A stretch of 62,918 nt of DNA, the filler included, from Choristocarpus tenellus KU-1152 (lineage: Eukaryota; Protista; Phaeophyceae), in the NCBI GenBank assembly GCA_964200185.2. It is 9 parts of 9 records of this genome, joined end to end, with 100 filler letters (N's around TTAATTAATTAA, not from the genome) between each part and the next. Parts side by side here need not be neighbours in the genome. Positions count along the whole stretch, not along the records: positions 35,909 to 39,343 come from CAXNAD020020041.1; positions 39,444 to 48,662 come from CAXNAD020003869.1; positions 48,763 to 54,793 come from CAXNAD020009118.1; 6 more parts are not named here. One strand, written 5' to 3'. A model generated the notes under the pieces. It did not search any database. It saw only the letters and a list, made by a program, of their open reading frames with translations, and was not told the origin of the DNA. The translations under genes and the position numbers were made by a program. Positions 37,500-51,800 of this stretch are shown piece after piece; position 1 is the first letter of the stretch, and each line of letters opens with the position of its first letter.

Positions 37500-37790
37500 C
37501 ACATGGACTTGTCTGAATTCATGTCCTCCATAAAGACCAGCTGTAAGATTCTATACATATCACAAGGTCTAACATTCTACAACATTGCAGGACCTGGACC
37601 AGGTCCAACATTGTACAACGTATAGGGACCATGTCCACCATGATTTTTCTGGTCCAGGTTCGGTACCAGACTGGGTCTAACATTCTGTACCATGTCCAGA
37701 CCATGTCCTCTGACAACTTGTGTGACATGTCCAGACCATGTCTAGTACGTGTTGTATTAGTCCTGTCCATAAAATAGGTCTGCAATATCC
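37500..37790. repeat. Degenerate minisatellite of GGTC(T/C)AACATT and GGACCATGTCC motifs
   Basis: Several direct and palindromic copies (e.g. GGACCTGGACCAGGTCC); possibly subterminal repeats of a TE. Confidence 0.6.
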
Positions 37791-38747
37791 CCGAACCACT
37801 CCGACTCCAACACACCTGTCCAATTCGTTTGGTCAGTTCATCATGCGAAAAATGCGCACGAATTGTCGAAGGTGAGTTTACATGTTTACAGATAGATTGT
37901 CGTCATGTTGGGTTATATAGTTAAACTTGTGTAGGACCTGTTGTGGGTATTCTTTATTATACTGATGATGATGCGGTTATTGTCTCCAATACCCAAGAGG
38001 TTTTACCAGGATGATGGCAGTGCTTGTGAACGGGACCATGTCATCCAGTCTGTTTTATGTTGGTATTAACACCCTAGAGCACACCTAAATATCAACATCG
38101 ACATCCTAGGATAGGTAGGTAGGCACATAGGATAGATAGGTAGGTATTCTTATATTGTGAAAAAAAACTCAATTTATTGATTCTTTCATCAATTATCACA
38201 CATTAGTCTAATGAAGCATGCAATAACCCTGGAACATCTAACAATTATTGTCGTGGAGAACAGGAAGACAAAGAACATGTCTATCTTCGCTCTTCTCGTA
38301 CATATATTGTAGCCTCCCAAAACCATACAATATTTCTTATTGTAGTGATTTTTGTTTCAGTATCACCCAAGTCATGAAAAATAATAAAATTGAAACACCC
38401 AAGGAAACTGCTTGATGTCTGTAGAGTGAGAGATTAACGTTAAGTGGGGAATGAAGCACCCAATAAAATCAGAAATATTTCCATATAGCTAATCACTAAT
38501 AAAAAGTTCTGATCAAACTTAATCACTAATGATTCTTCTCTCACCCAATATAATTTTTTCCACAACTGTTTGATAGAGTTGGAAGAGTCTAATCGAACAC
38601 CCTCCCTAGCTCGAACAACTCTTGAGAACTGACAAGGTACAACTATGGATCCTAGGAGACCCCTCAGAGTCAATCCTGTATGAGAAGAATAGAACCAGCT
38701 ACTGAACTCACTGAAAAAATAAATCCAAACAAACACAAAGAAATTCA

Positions 38748-39007
38748 GAGTCGAAGTATCTTAGAGGGTTGGATCCACGTCCATTTGGGGGCCAAAATCC
38801 AATGTCGTGATTTTGATGTAATTTTGGGTATCGTGTTTGTTAGGAAGTGTCAATATCCTTGTTCGGACACACCTTTTCATAACATAAACATTTTATTTAC
38901 TCCGAAACATTTTGGAGTAGGGAAATGTCATATACACCCCATAGGAAGTCAAGCCCTAAACGGACAAACAGGAAAAAAATCGTACACCCCCTAAGATACT
39001 TTCACTC
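38748..39007. mobile_element. MITE, long subfamily (complete)
   Basis: GAGTCGAAGTATCTTAGAGGGT...CCCCCTAAGATACTTTCACTC. Confidence 0.85.
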
Positions 39008-39055
39008 TTCAAATTCAGCAAGAAAAAAAACACTGGTCATGCTCCACATCTAGGT

Positions 39056-39343
39056 GAGTCAAAGTATCTTAGAGGGTAAGGCCGCGTCCATTTGGGGGCC
39101 AAAATCCAATGTTGTGATTTTGATGTAAATTTTGGCTATAGTGTTTGTTAGGAAGTAGTGTCAATATTCTTGTTTAGGACACACCTTTTCATAACGTACA
39201 CATCTTTTACCTACTCCAAAATGTCTCGGGGTAGGTAAAATGTATATGTTATGAAAAGGTGTGTCCGGAACAAGAATATTGACACTTCCTAACAAACACG
39301 ATAGCCAAAATTTACATCAAAATCGCAAGATTGGATTTTGGCC
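39056..39343. mobile_element. Foldback derivative of the long MITE
   Basis: MITE left half followed by its own reverse complement around ~39222; runs into a gap. Confidence 0.8.
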
Positions 39344-40633
39344 NNNNNNNNNNNNNNNNNNNNNNNNNNNNNNNNNNNNNNNNNNNNTTAATTAATTAAN
39401 NNNNNNNNNNNNNNNNNNNNNNNNNNNNNNNNNNNNNNNNNNNCCATCCCAACGCAACTATAAGTAAATGCCTTTTTTTTTTTTTTGGGCCAAAAAAGCC
39501 CCCCTGTTTCGCCCCCCCCCCCCCCCCCCCCACAGATACATTGGGTCTCTGGTCCACTGTAAATGGGCTACCGTCCTCCACAGTGCAAGGGATGCCCGTT
39601 CCTTTGCAGAGTTGACCTAGACGCTTCACCATCCGATTCGGTGTGTGTTGGTGAACCTGTCCTACTGCCTTAGAGCAGGTATGTGCATGTCTTGTATGCA
39701 CATTTTACCTCCTGCTCCCAGCCACCGGGCACCTGTTCGATAGGCCTGAGGGTGATCTCGTGTTGTTCCCTCCTCGTGATCCTGGCATCATGGGCTGCTA
39801 GAGTGTGGACCTCTGGGGAAGGTGTATGGGTTGTTGCTTCCCCCCAGGTTACCCAGTATAAGGGAACTAATTAATATGGAAGGCAGGGTTGTCGGTTATC
39901 ATACCGTTATTGCTGTATGCCATATACCGAAATACCGACTGAGAATCTTTTCTGAGAACTTCGGTTCAACTATGGAGGATCTTCGGAAGGATAGGTTTCC
40001 CTGACTTCCCGTAACATCTTGAGCACGTCTTCTGAAGATGGATCTCCCTGTCTGAGGGGTTTCTTTTTTGAACCCCATCCGAATCGTGCTCCTCCCCACT
40101 TCCTCAGTCTTTGTCCTCGTGTCTAACCTTAAACTTGTCCTCTTGGTTACGGTTCGTCTCGGTTCGTTTTGTTCAGTGATTCTCTTCACACTCTTTCCTA
40201 AGTGACAATGCCACAAAACCACATGTTCACATGAATAATAGTATGGTGTAAGTTATTGTCTAAACATTTTATATCACAATAAACAACGTACATAATCTGT
40301 ACAACTATACAATATTTCATTCTGACCAATTAGAACGCACCACGAAGTAGGTACTGGGTACTTCTTTGTTTCTTATTTTTCCCCACTCATAATATGTTGT
40401 TCTTTTGTTCTCCCTCATGAGAACAATAATATGTATGTATAATATGTATGTGTTGATTCCTATATCAACAAAATTGTGTAAAAAAAGCATGTATGCGTTC
40501 CCATTTTCTGGTTAATAACATAAACATAGTTGGCCTCGTCTTCCACTTAATCTCCTTTAAGTTTCGTGGTTCAGGATACGGTGCGCTCCAGATTACGACA
40601 CCCTGACCACAACAAAATTGGTGATCAATCACC

Positions 40634-43600
40634 ATGATGTCTTTGCGATGGATGTTTATGGTGACTGGATTGATCTCGCTCATCCTTTCGCAGTTATATT
40701 CTGTATCGTTGGCTCAATCAGCTCCCACAGACGAACCCACCGACTCTCAAGTCCTTGTGGTGACCGGAGAGACCATTGAACAGGCTGTATTGGACAACCC
40801 TTTCCTAGTGGTCGAGTTCTACGCCCCCTGTGAGTGATGTAGTTGCCAGGATGTAGTGTCTGGGTGCTGGCTTTACCCTTTGGTTGTTCCCTTGTTCTTT
40901 TCTCTATTCGTGTCCATCGATAGCGCAGATGTCGGGGTCCCTATAACAAAGAAAATCCTGTACTCCCTGTAAGTTGGGATATTTTATCTAGATTACTATT
41001 GACTCTAACCAAGTCTACGACTAAGGCCTGCTTATCTTTTGGCTTTTCCTTGTTTCAGGGTGCGGGCACTGCAAGAACCTCGCCCCCATATACACCGAGG
41101 CTGCCGCCAAAATCAAGGAGACAGATGATGGTATTGTCCTCGCCAAGGTTGGTAGTCCTTCCCCTTGCGTCAACTCCATTCGCTGTCCAGTTTACACCCC
41201 ACCTCTGCCCTCGTTCTAAAAACTCACATTATTCCTGCGAAGGTGTATCTTGAGTCACTGGGATTATTTTTGTTGTCACGAAAAGGAGGAAAGAATGTCT
41301 TGAACGCTTGGATGGTACATAGAGACCTAGGAGGTTGTAATTCCTTGCAATTGAAACTGAAGAAAAGTTGGCACTCAGATTGGTTTCCTTACAACATCTG
41401 CCACTTATCAGCAGGATGGGAGAGTAGTCTGTGGAAAGCGTGTTCTACTGCTAACTTAAAGTAGCGTTGAAAATAGTGAAGACAACCACCTGATGTATTT
41501 CTTGTCGGACTCCCACATCGAATGAAGAAATAAAGCCGAGTGGAGGACCAAGCGCACCTTGTGATAATCTTCGATAAGCCTCCAAGGAGCACCTTTCCTA
41601 ACACTGAGACTAGAGGACTACCTAGACGCTCCATCTAGATATCCGAGTTAAGAGAGACATGATAATTTTTGAGCATTCTCGTGGAATGTTGGATTTCCTG
41701 CTCCTTTGGTGCCTTCTAGGATGCTGCCATCCTAATAGCTGCCATGATATACTCTTTTCCCCGGTTTTGTCTGCCCATTGCTGCTGCGATTTTCCCTGTA
41801 ATGGGAGAGCAGATGGATGCCACGGAGGAAATCAGCATTGCATTCCGGAATAAAGTGGGCGTCGGGAGCTTCCCCACATTCAAGGTACAGGAACAAAAGG
41901 CAATGTTGGGCAAAATGGGGAGTCCCCTTTTGGTAAGGGTTACATAGAAAAGAGGGCTGTATCAAAGCAATACTTCACTGCCTTTAATAGTGACCATGGT
42001 GCAATCCTCACCTTCTTGCCACCTGTCAAAATGAACAACTAACGCTGAAGGGGATATTATATTTTTTAGCCTGAAACTGTGATGGATGCTCTCTCCCTGT
42101 GCTCCCTTGTTTGCTGTTGGGTTGCAGATATTCAAAGGAGATGTCAATGAACCCGTTGAAGTCAGACCTCCGAGATATGTGGACGGTTTGACAAAATACT
42201 TCATAGATATCAAGGTCAGGAGATGAGTTTCCTCAACAAGCAATCAATATCCTTGTATTTTTGAGTAATAGCTGGAATTGAAAGGAAATTATTGACTTGT
42301 GTGTTGTCCCTTCAAAAGGTTGGAGGTTTTTCACTGGTGACTCAACTACCTGTCAGAGCTCTGTGAGTGACGTACCTACCTCATGGGTCTCTTTTTGATT
42401 TCAAGTCCCACTTGCCATGTTTTGCTTGCTTCTCTAGTTGCTTGATAACCTTGTCTCTACTGTTCCTCTGGAGAGAAATAAGCATTTTGGGAGTCAAGGT
42501 TGCCCTTGCCATGCAGTGACCATCGCACTAAATTTAGACTGAACAAACTCCCTTTACGTGTGTTATTGTGAGTCTGCACCTCTACTTCCCCAAATGAAAG
42601 CAGATGGATGCAACGGAGGAAAGGTTTACCCTTTCGTTACTCACAAAAAACTTGACTCCATGTACACTGACTACCAATTCTGACTCGTCTCAATCTGAGT
42701 CAAATGATCTCCCTATTGTAGACATATGTCACATTCTTCTCAAGCCTAGAAAGGGTACAAACTGAAAAAGGACACATGCTTATGTTCAAATGCCATGTCC
42801 CTCTTTCTCTTCTGAGTCCCTCTCTTCAACACAGGCCGGTGTACTTATGAGCAAGTTTTGTATTAACTGTTCTGTATCCACCTCCCTATCCCTGTGATAC
42901 GCAGAATGGTGGGGAAATCCCTGTTGTTGAAGCTGCAAAAAAGGCACGTGAGGCTGAGGAAATTCCTGAGCCGGAAAACAGTGAGGTGAGTAGACCTCTT
43001 GTGAGGGAGGTGGTACTTTACTGAGAAATGAGTTAGTTTGTTGCCTTGCCAAAGTAGGAGACATGTATCTTGTAAGACTTACGATAACAAGAGGCGATGA
43101 AGTCTCTGGTAGGGGGTGGAGTTATGAGAGGATTTATTTACTCTTTTCCTATTTCTATATCATGTTGTATTGTGACATATTTGTATTTTTTGGCATCAGC
43201 AGGGACTGCTGTCGATTTTCCAATGCAGGAAATGATGCGTCGGAATAGATGGCTAGTGTATAGGTTGGTGGTCGATAGGAAATGTTCCCATATGTTTTTT
43301 TGTTTGTGGAGTAGTGTTGTGGGACTTACTTCATGAACAGGGTAAGAAACATCAAGCACAAATGTATGTACAGAATATCAGGAAACTAATATTTTGTACA
43401 GGGGTGTATGGATACCTGAGGTGGGGAGGACTGCAGAGATAGATGCTGGTGATTTTTGGGAGGGTGCTTGAATCAACAAGATGATTTTGAGGGGCGCATT
43501 GATGAATATGTAAATGGTAACTGATTGATGGGAACCCCCTTCTCCTCCTTTCCTGAAGAATGTGTTAGGGTTCCTGTACAAAGGGGTTCTGACTCCCGTG

Positions 43601-46600
43601 TTGATACTTGTTTTTACCCTTCAGCCAGTCAGTCATGCTTAGAATGTGTTTTTTTTTTGAGAAGTGTGCTTTGAGGTTGGGTCTTGACTGATTTTTTTTG
43701 GAGTTGTGGATGAGCGACAAAGGGTAGCTTAGTCACCTGTTTTATTTCGATTAAACTGAAAAGTACATGAGGGGTACAGAAGGATGGGTAGCATATGCAG
43801 TATTATTGAGTTTACATGAACAAAGAGAAGTGCATTATCTCATGCTGTACTCGATGTGTATAGATAGAGAGAATACTCTTGCGCCTCATGGCATGGTATC
43901 TACCTCCGGTAAGGTAAGAAGAGTTACAAGAAGCTTCTGCTAGGAACAAAGCTTGGACACGATTTCAACCAATTACAGGCCTCCATTCCAAGAATAGAAT
44001 AGTTTTTGTACCTTCCAGTTTCTGATCAGTTCTTTGTCGTTGATCCATAACTGAAGTTTCTTTCCCAAAAAGATCCAACTTCCTAGTTCATTCATTCTGT
44101 CAGCTCTATTTCATAGTTTTGTGTAGACTTTCCTACCCTGTTCTTGGAAAGCAATTGATTCTGAGAGTGTTCCAAAATCTCTTTTCTGGGATGTTAAAAA
44201 TTGTTGGCTGTTGTATATTCAGCAAATATTATTCCGATTCGTCTGATTTGTGCTCACTGTGAGATTTGGTGTCGATCTTTTTTTGTAATTTTTTTTCTGT
44301 CTCATCTGTTTTTTCTTGGTGTTTTGTAATTTGTATGCTTGTTGCAGGTGACGGTTCTTAACTCCGACACTTTCAGTGCTTTCATCCGGAGTAATCCTTT
44401 TGTGGCAGTGGAATTCTATGCCCCCTGGTGTAACTTCTGCAAGGACCTGGCTCCTGAGTGGACAAAGGCATCAATTACCCTCAAGGAGTCTGAACCAACT
44501 ATCAAGATGGCCAAGATCGATGTAGACGCCCCGGCCAATGAAGAGCTTGGCGAGGACCTCAGTATCAACCTCTTCCCTACCATCAGGGTCTTCCGTGGCG
44601 AGGATGATATGAAGGAGTACGATGGCCCACGATCAGCGGGTGGGATTGTGGAATACCTCACTGATGTGCTGCATGGCAAGGTGAGCGGTACCCTGTCAAG
44701 AACGTTTTATCCACATCTTGCTCCTTGCTTCTTTTTCTCAAGTCTATGTAGACGCCGCTGATGATAATGTGTGCTTGTGTGTGTGTTTTATTTTGTGTTG
44801 GGAGCTTGTCGTGTCTTGGTCCTCGATGTTATGTTTTTACTTTATTTTATTGGATTTGGTGTTATATATATTTTTTAGAGTGTGGGGTGGTGTGTATGTA
44901 GTCGGTTGGTGAGGTGTGACTGTTGCCTGGTTAGGTTTGATTCTTTTGCTGTCTGAATAATTGCAGGGGATGTTTTGGTTGTGTAGAAATATTACCCAAT
45001 TTGAACTGAGGCCTGAGAGAGGTAGATGGCGAGTGATGGTTACTTGTCACTGTACAGATACACAAAATGTTTTCCCATTCTCTCCAGTGAAGAGTATGCT
45101 TCTGAGTGGCATGGGCCCCTGGTTTGAAAAGTTGTGACACTTTTTCAAACCCCTGCATCCTCATTTTTTCCATCCATGGCACCACCTATCGTAGGCTTGC
45201 TTTTTCGCTGTTGTCAGTATGTATGGACCTGAGAGGGTATTTCTCAAGATATTAATGTAGAATGGATGATGGGACGTGTGATGCCTTGTTTATCCGCTGG
45301 CACGTTCTGTTGCCCCCACATAGTTGTGGCAGTCTTTGCGCTGCTAAAAGAATCAATTTCTGCAATTGATCAGCTCAGGCATGATGAATCTCCTCCCTGT
45401 AACTGCCGGGTACTTTTGCTTTACTGTATCAGCTACAGCTTCCATAGGTGGTCAGGCCCAGAAGTGATCGGAAGGTCTCTCACCAGGACATACAAATAAA
45501 GGCCCTTGTTTGCCCCTCCTTTGATACTTGCTGGACCAGCCCTTAACTAACTCCCTTTTTTTATTTCTGCACTCTTCTAATTCTGTCAAAACAGTCTAGA
45601 GTTTGGTGTCTGGAAACTCTTCAAACAGTAGGAAATACAGTGTTTTCTATTGATTTGTCCCATGTGATAGTGACGAAGTGAAGCGATGAGGATCAGGGAA
45701 CTTGGGATGAGCGGGTTGGGATGTTTTCCATTTTGTTTTTTTACCGCAGGTGCCATCACAAGTAATATATGAACAACCAATGCAATCAACTGGATGGATG
45801 GCGTCTGCTTTAAAATTGCTCCTCATCAGGATTGACCCTAGCTCTAGTTCTAGCTCTAGCCTTAGCCAGAATTGTTCTTGATGTTTTTGATGTGAACGAT
45901 CCCTTACGTGAAGGTGTTTGTTGGGTTCAACAATGAATCACATACTTTTTTATCTTGCCATTGCTTCTGTGTGTGCGGTCAGATTGTTCTTGAGGAACCA
46001 AGCGATGACGATGATGACGATTGGGGAGATGATGATGATGATGTGGAGGTGGTGACAACGGTGGTGACAGAAGGAACGCCTGAGCCTGCAAAGGGGGATG
46101 ATGATGATGACGATGTGAGTGGTTTCTAATTAGGACGTCAGACAAGGCTACTGCGGGGAGATGAGTTTTGTTTTGATTGGATATTGCTTGCCGGAAAACA
46201 ATTACACGCTGGAATAGGAACCCCTTTCCTTTCCTCGTGTCCCAGTACTTCAAATCAGTCCTGGGCATTCACGTTTGCCTGCTTGCTGTTGGATATGTTG
46301 ACTAGAAGCAGAGATTCCAGGAAGTGGCAACATGAGCAAATAGTTAGGGCTTATCTCCTGGGTCAGAAATATCTTACTGGTCTGGTTCCAGGCTGCATAG
46401 GTTTTTGAAAGGTGCAGCTATTGGACCAGCCCACTATCCTTTGTGGAAGGTCTGTTTCCCCAGGTTACCAACTATTTCTGTAGTCCAGTCAGGCCATTAA
46501 CCTCATCCCGTCCCTTCCCTTTGCCCGTTCCAGCAAAATCAGAACGTGAAAAAAGTAAAAGTGAAAAACCCCCCATAAATGGCAAGGTTAATCGCTACAT

Positions 46601-46821
46601 CCAACGTTTGATGCTTCATTTTTGACCAAGTGCACTGTACAAATGAGGAGTTGTGTGTTTTCCTAGCAGTCCTACTCCCTCCTTGACACCTTTCTTTGCG
46701 TTACGCTGCAGTAATATACGCCATAACTGACACCAATTTCTTTTGCTTCTTCTCCCACTGGACATGACTTGTGGAACATGTGCAATGCAAGGAGGACCTT
46801 ATGACAAAGGCAGAGCTGTAA
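40634..46821 (+). CDS. PDI-like ER thioredoxin protein, ~339 aa (exons 40634-40829, 41059-41147, 41813-41884, 42128-42214, 42905-42985, 44348-44680, 45983-46114, 46792-46821)
   Basis: Signal peptide; Trx1 VEFYAPWCGHCKNLAP; Trx2 VEFYAPWCNFCKDLAPEW...FPTI...YDGPRSA; Asp-rich tail; C-terminal EDLMTKAEL*. GT-AG introns with consistent phases; total 1020 nt. Confidence 0.9.
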
Positions 46822-48587
46822 GCTCAAGGGTCCAATGTATTAATCACTGGGCCAGAGTGGCTGGTTGGCAGTTAGATTTTGGATTGTGTGACCGGGAGAG
46901 ATGTTCCTAGTTCATGGGTTGTTTGTGTAGGCACTGTGGCTATAGAGTACTTTTGACCTCACCATTTGGTAGTAATTCAAGATGAATAGGACTTTATCTG
47001 GAGATGAATGTCTCTGGTTAACGTTTCATTTGGGACCAGGGTGCCTTTGCTGTATTGTATTGGTTCGTGCTGTCCAGATTCTGTGCCTGCTTGGTTTGGT
47101 TCATGTCATAAACTGCCCACATGGAAATTTTAGGTGTGATGGTAAGTGTATGCATGGTTTGGATGGGGGATTATTATATTTAGTTCCGTGCCCACAATGT
47201 TCCATTAACCAGATGCCAGATGATCTGCCAGCAATGATTCGATTACAATGTTGCGATTATATTTATGTGTCTTATGTATACTTAACAGAACATCTTGTGT
47301 GGTGGTTGGTCCATGTGCTTGTGTATTGTCTTGCATTGACTCTTTAATGTAGCAATGCAAGTTCACTGGATAGATAGTCTTCAGATTACAGTGTTGGTGG
47401 TGGTGCTGATTGCTCAGGTTGCCTTAGTTGATGCTTTAGCATGGTGTACATCAGCTATCACAGCTTCATCGGAATGTCGCTCTGCCATGAAATTCTATCA
47501 CAAACCTCGCACTCACTCCACCCGTCTGTGTTCATCAGTTGCCCTTCTTGTGCTCCATCCATCAACAGTAATCCCAAACTTCTCGAGTTCATCTTGCAGG
47601 CATATTGACAGGTTCTTCTCCTGTTCGCCTTCTATTTTCATCTGCAAGCTTCCCAAAATCTACATCTTCGCAAGATGTATGTGTACAATCGACTCTGCAA
47701 ATAATAGGGGTCTATTTGGGGGTCAAAGATGTATGGTCTCTGTCTTCAACTCTGGAACGATCAGACCAACTGACTTAACAATCACAATAGTCATCCTGGC
47801 CAAACTTCTGTGGTTTTTAAGTTGAATGCTTCATATTGTCAGCATAAGGCATACCTCTCAGGAATTGCTTGAGTATCATTTCACTCCCTGTTGCTCCTCC
47901 TCATCTGACCTGATTGTTTGTGACCACTCTTTTGATGACAAAAAGATCCTTGATAATGGTCGGACAAAGGTGAACTCCTTACTTTCTATACTTCACTCTT
48001 CTATGAAGATTTCTGTAGTTGACGTGGATACGAGCAAGAATATACCCTTGTCAAAGGCCCTCCCTTTCCAACCTCAAACCGATCTGTACCCTCTCAATCA
48101 TCCAAGTCAATCCATGCCCTCACTTGATGCCATGGAATTGGAAGGACAACTGAAAAATATTCTCAGGTACTCCAAATTTGGCAAGCACAGAGCTTACAGG
48201 AGATTGCCACAGCCAACAGAGTCATATGCTTTCATAGCTCATTAAAACAGATGAATAGAGGTTTGTGCTTTTCCTGGTCGAAGTCTTGGAGTGTATATTT
48301 CAACCCCTTTTCTACACACAAAACTTTGCCAGCAAGAACGTCACCGCCACTAGAGCAGGCACCAAGGTCCTAGAATTGGCAACCCAACAGCTAGGATTCA
48401 ACTCTTGGGTGTACACCCAAAGTAAGCATGGAGGTTCTTTTTCCAATCAATGAGTCAAGCATGTAACTTTTGGTCAGTGGTCGTCGGAGAGTGTTCCCTA
48501 ATTGGACTTTTGGGGTTCAAACCCCACTGGTCCCATATTTTTTATAATGGAAAATCATGTTTTCATTATCCGATTCGAAGTGGCTAG

Positions 48588-48808
48588 GGGGGGGGGTCTA
48601 GACCAGGGTGTACATTTGGGGCAAAACCGGGAAAAGTGCACTTCCCCACTTACATTGCAGAANNNNNNNNNNNNNNNNNNNNNNNNNNNNNNNNNNNNNN
48701 NNNNNNTTAATTAATTAANNNNNNNNNNNNNNNNNNNNNNNNNNNNNNNNNNNNNNNNNNNNGGACACCCTGGTGTAGACCACCCCCCGCCCCCAGATAC
48801 TTTGGGTC
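48588..48808. mobile_element. Short-subfamily MITE pieces flanking a gap
   Basis: GGGGGTCTAGACCAGGGTGTACATTTGGGG before the gap; GGACACCCTGGTGTAGACC...CCCAGATACTTTGGGTC after it. Confidence 0.7.
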
Positions 48809-51800
48809 TGTGTGGATACTATATAAGTTACTTCATAGTCCTTCCCGAATGGGCCGAATCATACCACATGAGTTGCTTCCTGAGTAGACATTGTTTATCC
48901 CTAATGGATCAGCGTATCCCCCCAAAACCCCAAACCCCCCTCAAATATCAATATTGATTTGTTGCAAACACTTATGCTTTGAGCCAGGTGTCAGAGGGAC
49001 GTCCATACAACCCAGGTCGCCTAGCTCGTTATCCAAACGTAAACTCAGTCCCTTTCCCTTTCCGTTCGGTGTGCTCATACCAAGGTAAGACACCTCACAT
49101 GCAGTCATGTTGCAAAGATGGGGGGGTAGGAGGCATACTAAGAATATAAAGTACAACAGCCAATTTGTGAATGCGCAGTGTATTAAGCTATCAGGGTTGA
49201 TTCATTTTTCATTATTCCCTACACCTTTGATCTTATTTGCTACATTTTATTATCATCACTCCTAGTGTTGGTTTGAATTACTCATTATACCTTCTTTTTA
49301 ATATCCGCAGAACGATCCCCATGGCCAGCCTGAGGATCGGCTGATGACAACAGTCAAAAGACACGTGTATCGCCAACTCAATTCACACATGCTCCTAGTG
49401 GGCCAAAATTCATCAAGATAGATAGAGTGAATACTTGAATAAAGTGAGAACCTTCCCACCATTTTTTCCTACAAATCTACACACATTCTTATCCACACAT
49501 CATACCTCTCCTCACAGCTTCACTTCACCATGTGTACAATGCAAAACAGCTCCAATGGCCGCTCACTATGGGTATGGGAATAATCATGCCTGTGGTGAGG
49601 TGTCTGTGACTGATCTGAAACCAAGCGTCTGGTACAACTTTCGACACCGACTCTTCTATGGAGCTGGGCAGGAGGTAGATTCAAACCCAGTCAATTATCA
49701 GAGGATGTGCTCATTATCAAAAATAAAAAAGATTTACAATTTTTTTCCAATAGGGTTTGAAGGGTCATTAATACCCACCACACCAGTGCTGTACGTACAT
49801 CTGCTTGAAGTGCTTGAAGTGCTTGAAGTAGTTGTTAAACAGTGGGCTTGTAGATGCTTAGCACCACCAGTACGCAGTTGGGCAGTTCCACCCATAGAGG
49901 TGAACTACAGACATAGCACATTCATTCATCATCTTTGTCACACCATTTGCGAAGCCTATCCCTATAGAGGAGGTGGGCAAGTAATGGTGCCATGGTGAGA
50001 CATACCAGAAGAAGATAGAGTAACTTATATGTGCCATTTTTAATTGGCAATAGTACGTCCTTGTAGAATGAACCTCTCATGCATCCCAAGGCATAGCCTA
50101 TTCCTCTCATCTGGGACAACTTGAGACATGGTGGGGAGCGATAACTTGAGCTGTGCTTGATTTACAAGGCATGTACAGTATTCTTAGTCAGTTTCTCAAG
50201 GGAAAATGCTCTCATCCTCCAGCCTTACCTGCAGACTGTCCTTCCGCACCTTGATTCTGCTTCAAACTCAGGCAGTCTCACCAGTCACCTCTGTTCACAC
50301 CAAGGCAGCGCCTCCCTCCATCATATCCACGCCCCGAGCTTCGCTTGAGTTTCTCCTCCTAGATTCAGGTCGCCTACGGTTTCAGCTGCGGATACGATGG
50401 GGGGCTACTACCACTCGGAGTGGGGAACTGATTGAGCAGGTCAGAAAGAGAAAGAGAGAGAGAGAGAGAGAGATGCCAAGGGGAATGAAAAAGGGGTTGG
50501 GGAGAAGATAAAGGAAATAGACCAGTATAATTGGTGTGATGGGGTGGCAATAAAGAGCAGGTGGGGATGCAGGTTGGTGGGATATGGGTGAGTTGAGGTG
50601 TGTATGAGGGGGGGGAAAGAGAGATGCATGTGGTCAAGACCTTGTATTCAGAGCAGTTCTTAATATTCCTGCTTGGGACTAGTTTCCCCAGCAGGTCCAG
50701 CCAAGACGACGGTCAACCGATCAAGGGACAACTCCAAGTTAGATTGAGGTTTGTGAAGCTCTCCTGGTCTACTACAGTGTACGGTAACCGAGCCCCACCC
50801 GAGACCCAAGTTACAAACTTCCAGAGGATGCAGAGTTTAAGGAAAAATTGTCACAAAAAATTCCCAAATAACAACTTGAAACTGCTTGAAACTGCCTATA
50901 CACTTGTTATTACCTCCTCTCCATATCTTTTTCTGGACAGCATCTCTCTCCACTACCGCCTTGCTTGATCTGCCCCTGCCTATCTCAGGAAAGTTGCCTC
51001 TCCTTCAACTCTTCCCGAACCATACTTGCAGATATATATCTTACAACAGCGCAAACAGGTGGCATCTGTGAGCGAGGCTGTATCCTCGTCTCCCAACACA
51101 ATCAGCCATAGGGGAGGAGAATGGCCTAGAAGAGAGGTTTTACCTAAGGGCAATGGGATATGGAAGTCATGGAGAACGATATACTCCAACCAGAGACCAG
51201 AGCACCTGGTTGAGCTCCCGTTTCAGCCTTGTATCAGGATGAAGTTCCGCATAGCAACAAGGACGGAGACCGGGCAATCTCCATTCAGGTGAAAGGGACA
51301 AGCAGTCCGTCTGGTAGTCATTCCGATTGTTTAAAGAACATTGAATTCTGTTTCAGAAATGGGTCGTCCAGATACTACAAATATCAACAGCATGAGCATG
51401 AAAGAGCATGCCAAAACTCTATGATGTAGGGGTTGCCTTCAGTGGGCAACATTTGGAGGATTCACTGCTCGCTGGTGAAAGTAGCCACTCTGAATATATT
51501 GGGGTTAAGCTCAACGCACCTGTGACCAGCCTTCCCCACCTTCCCACCTTCCCACCTTCCCACCTTCCCATCTCTTACTGTGTCGAGGAAGTAGAGTGTA
51601 TACATGCAATAGTCAATGCCAACGACCTAAATAAATTGAGAGGTAGTAGGCCAGGTTGCATTTTAAGGTTAAGGTTACTGAGAAATAGCAAAGGATGTCA
51701 TCCGGTACATCTTGACAAATTGAGAAAGATACTTTGCTGAGTTGTGGGGTCACTGTGCATTATCAATCTTGTCTACAATATTATGGTTTAAAGCAATGAA

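Noticed and set aside
46850-48450. Decayed hAT transposase (BED-like EVWDY..CEVC on -); similar hints at 18880-19500, 15300-15950, 6230-6540 and 48900-49090
   Set aside because: Only isolated motif-like words across broken frames; insufficient to classify without a search.
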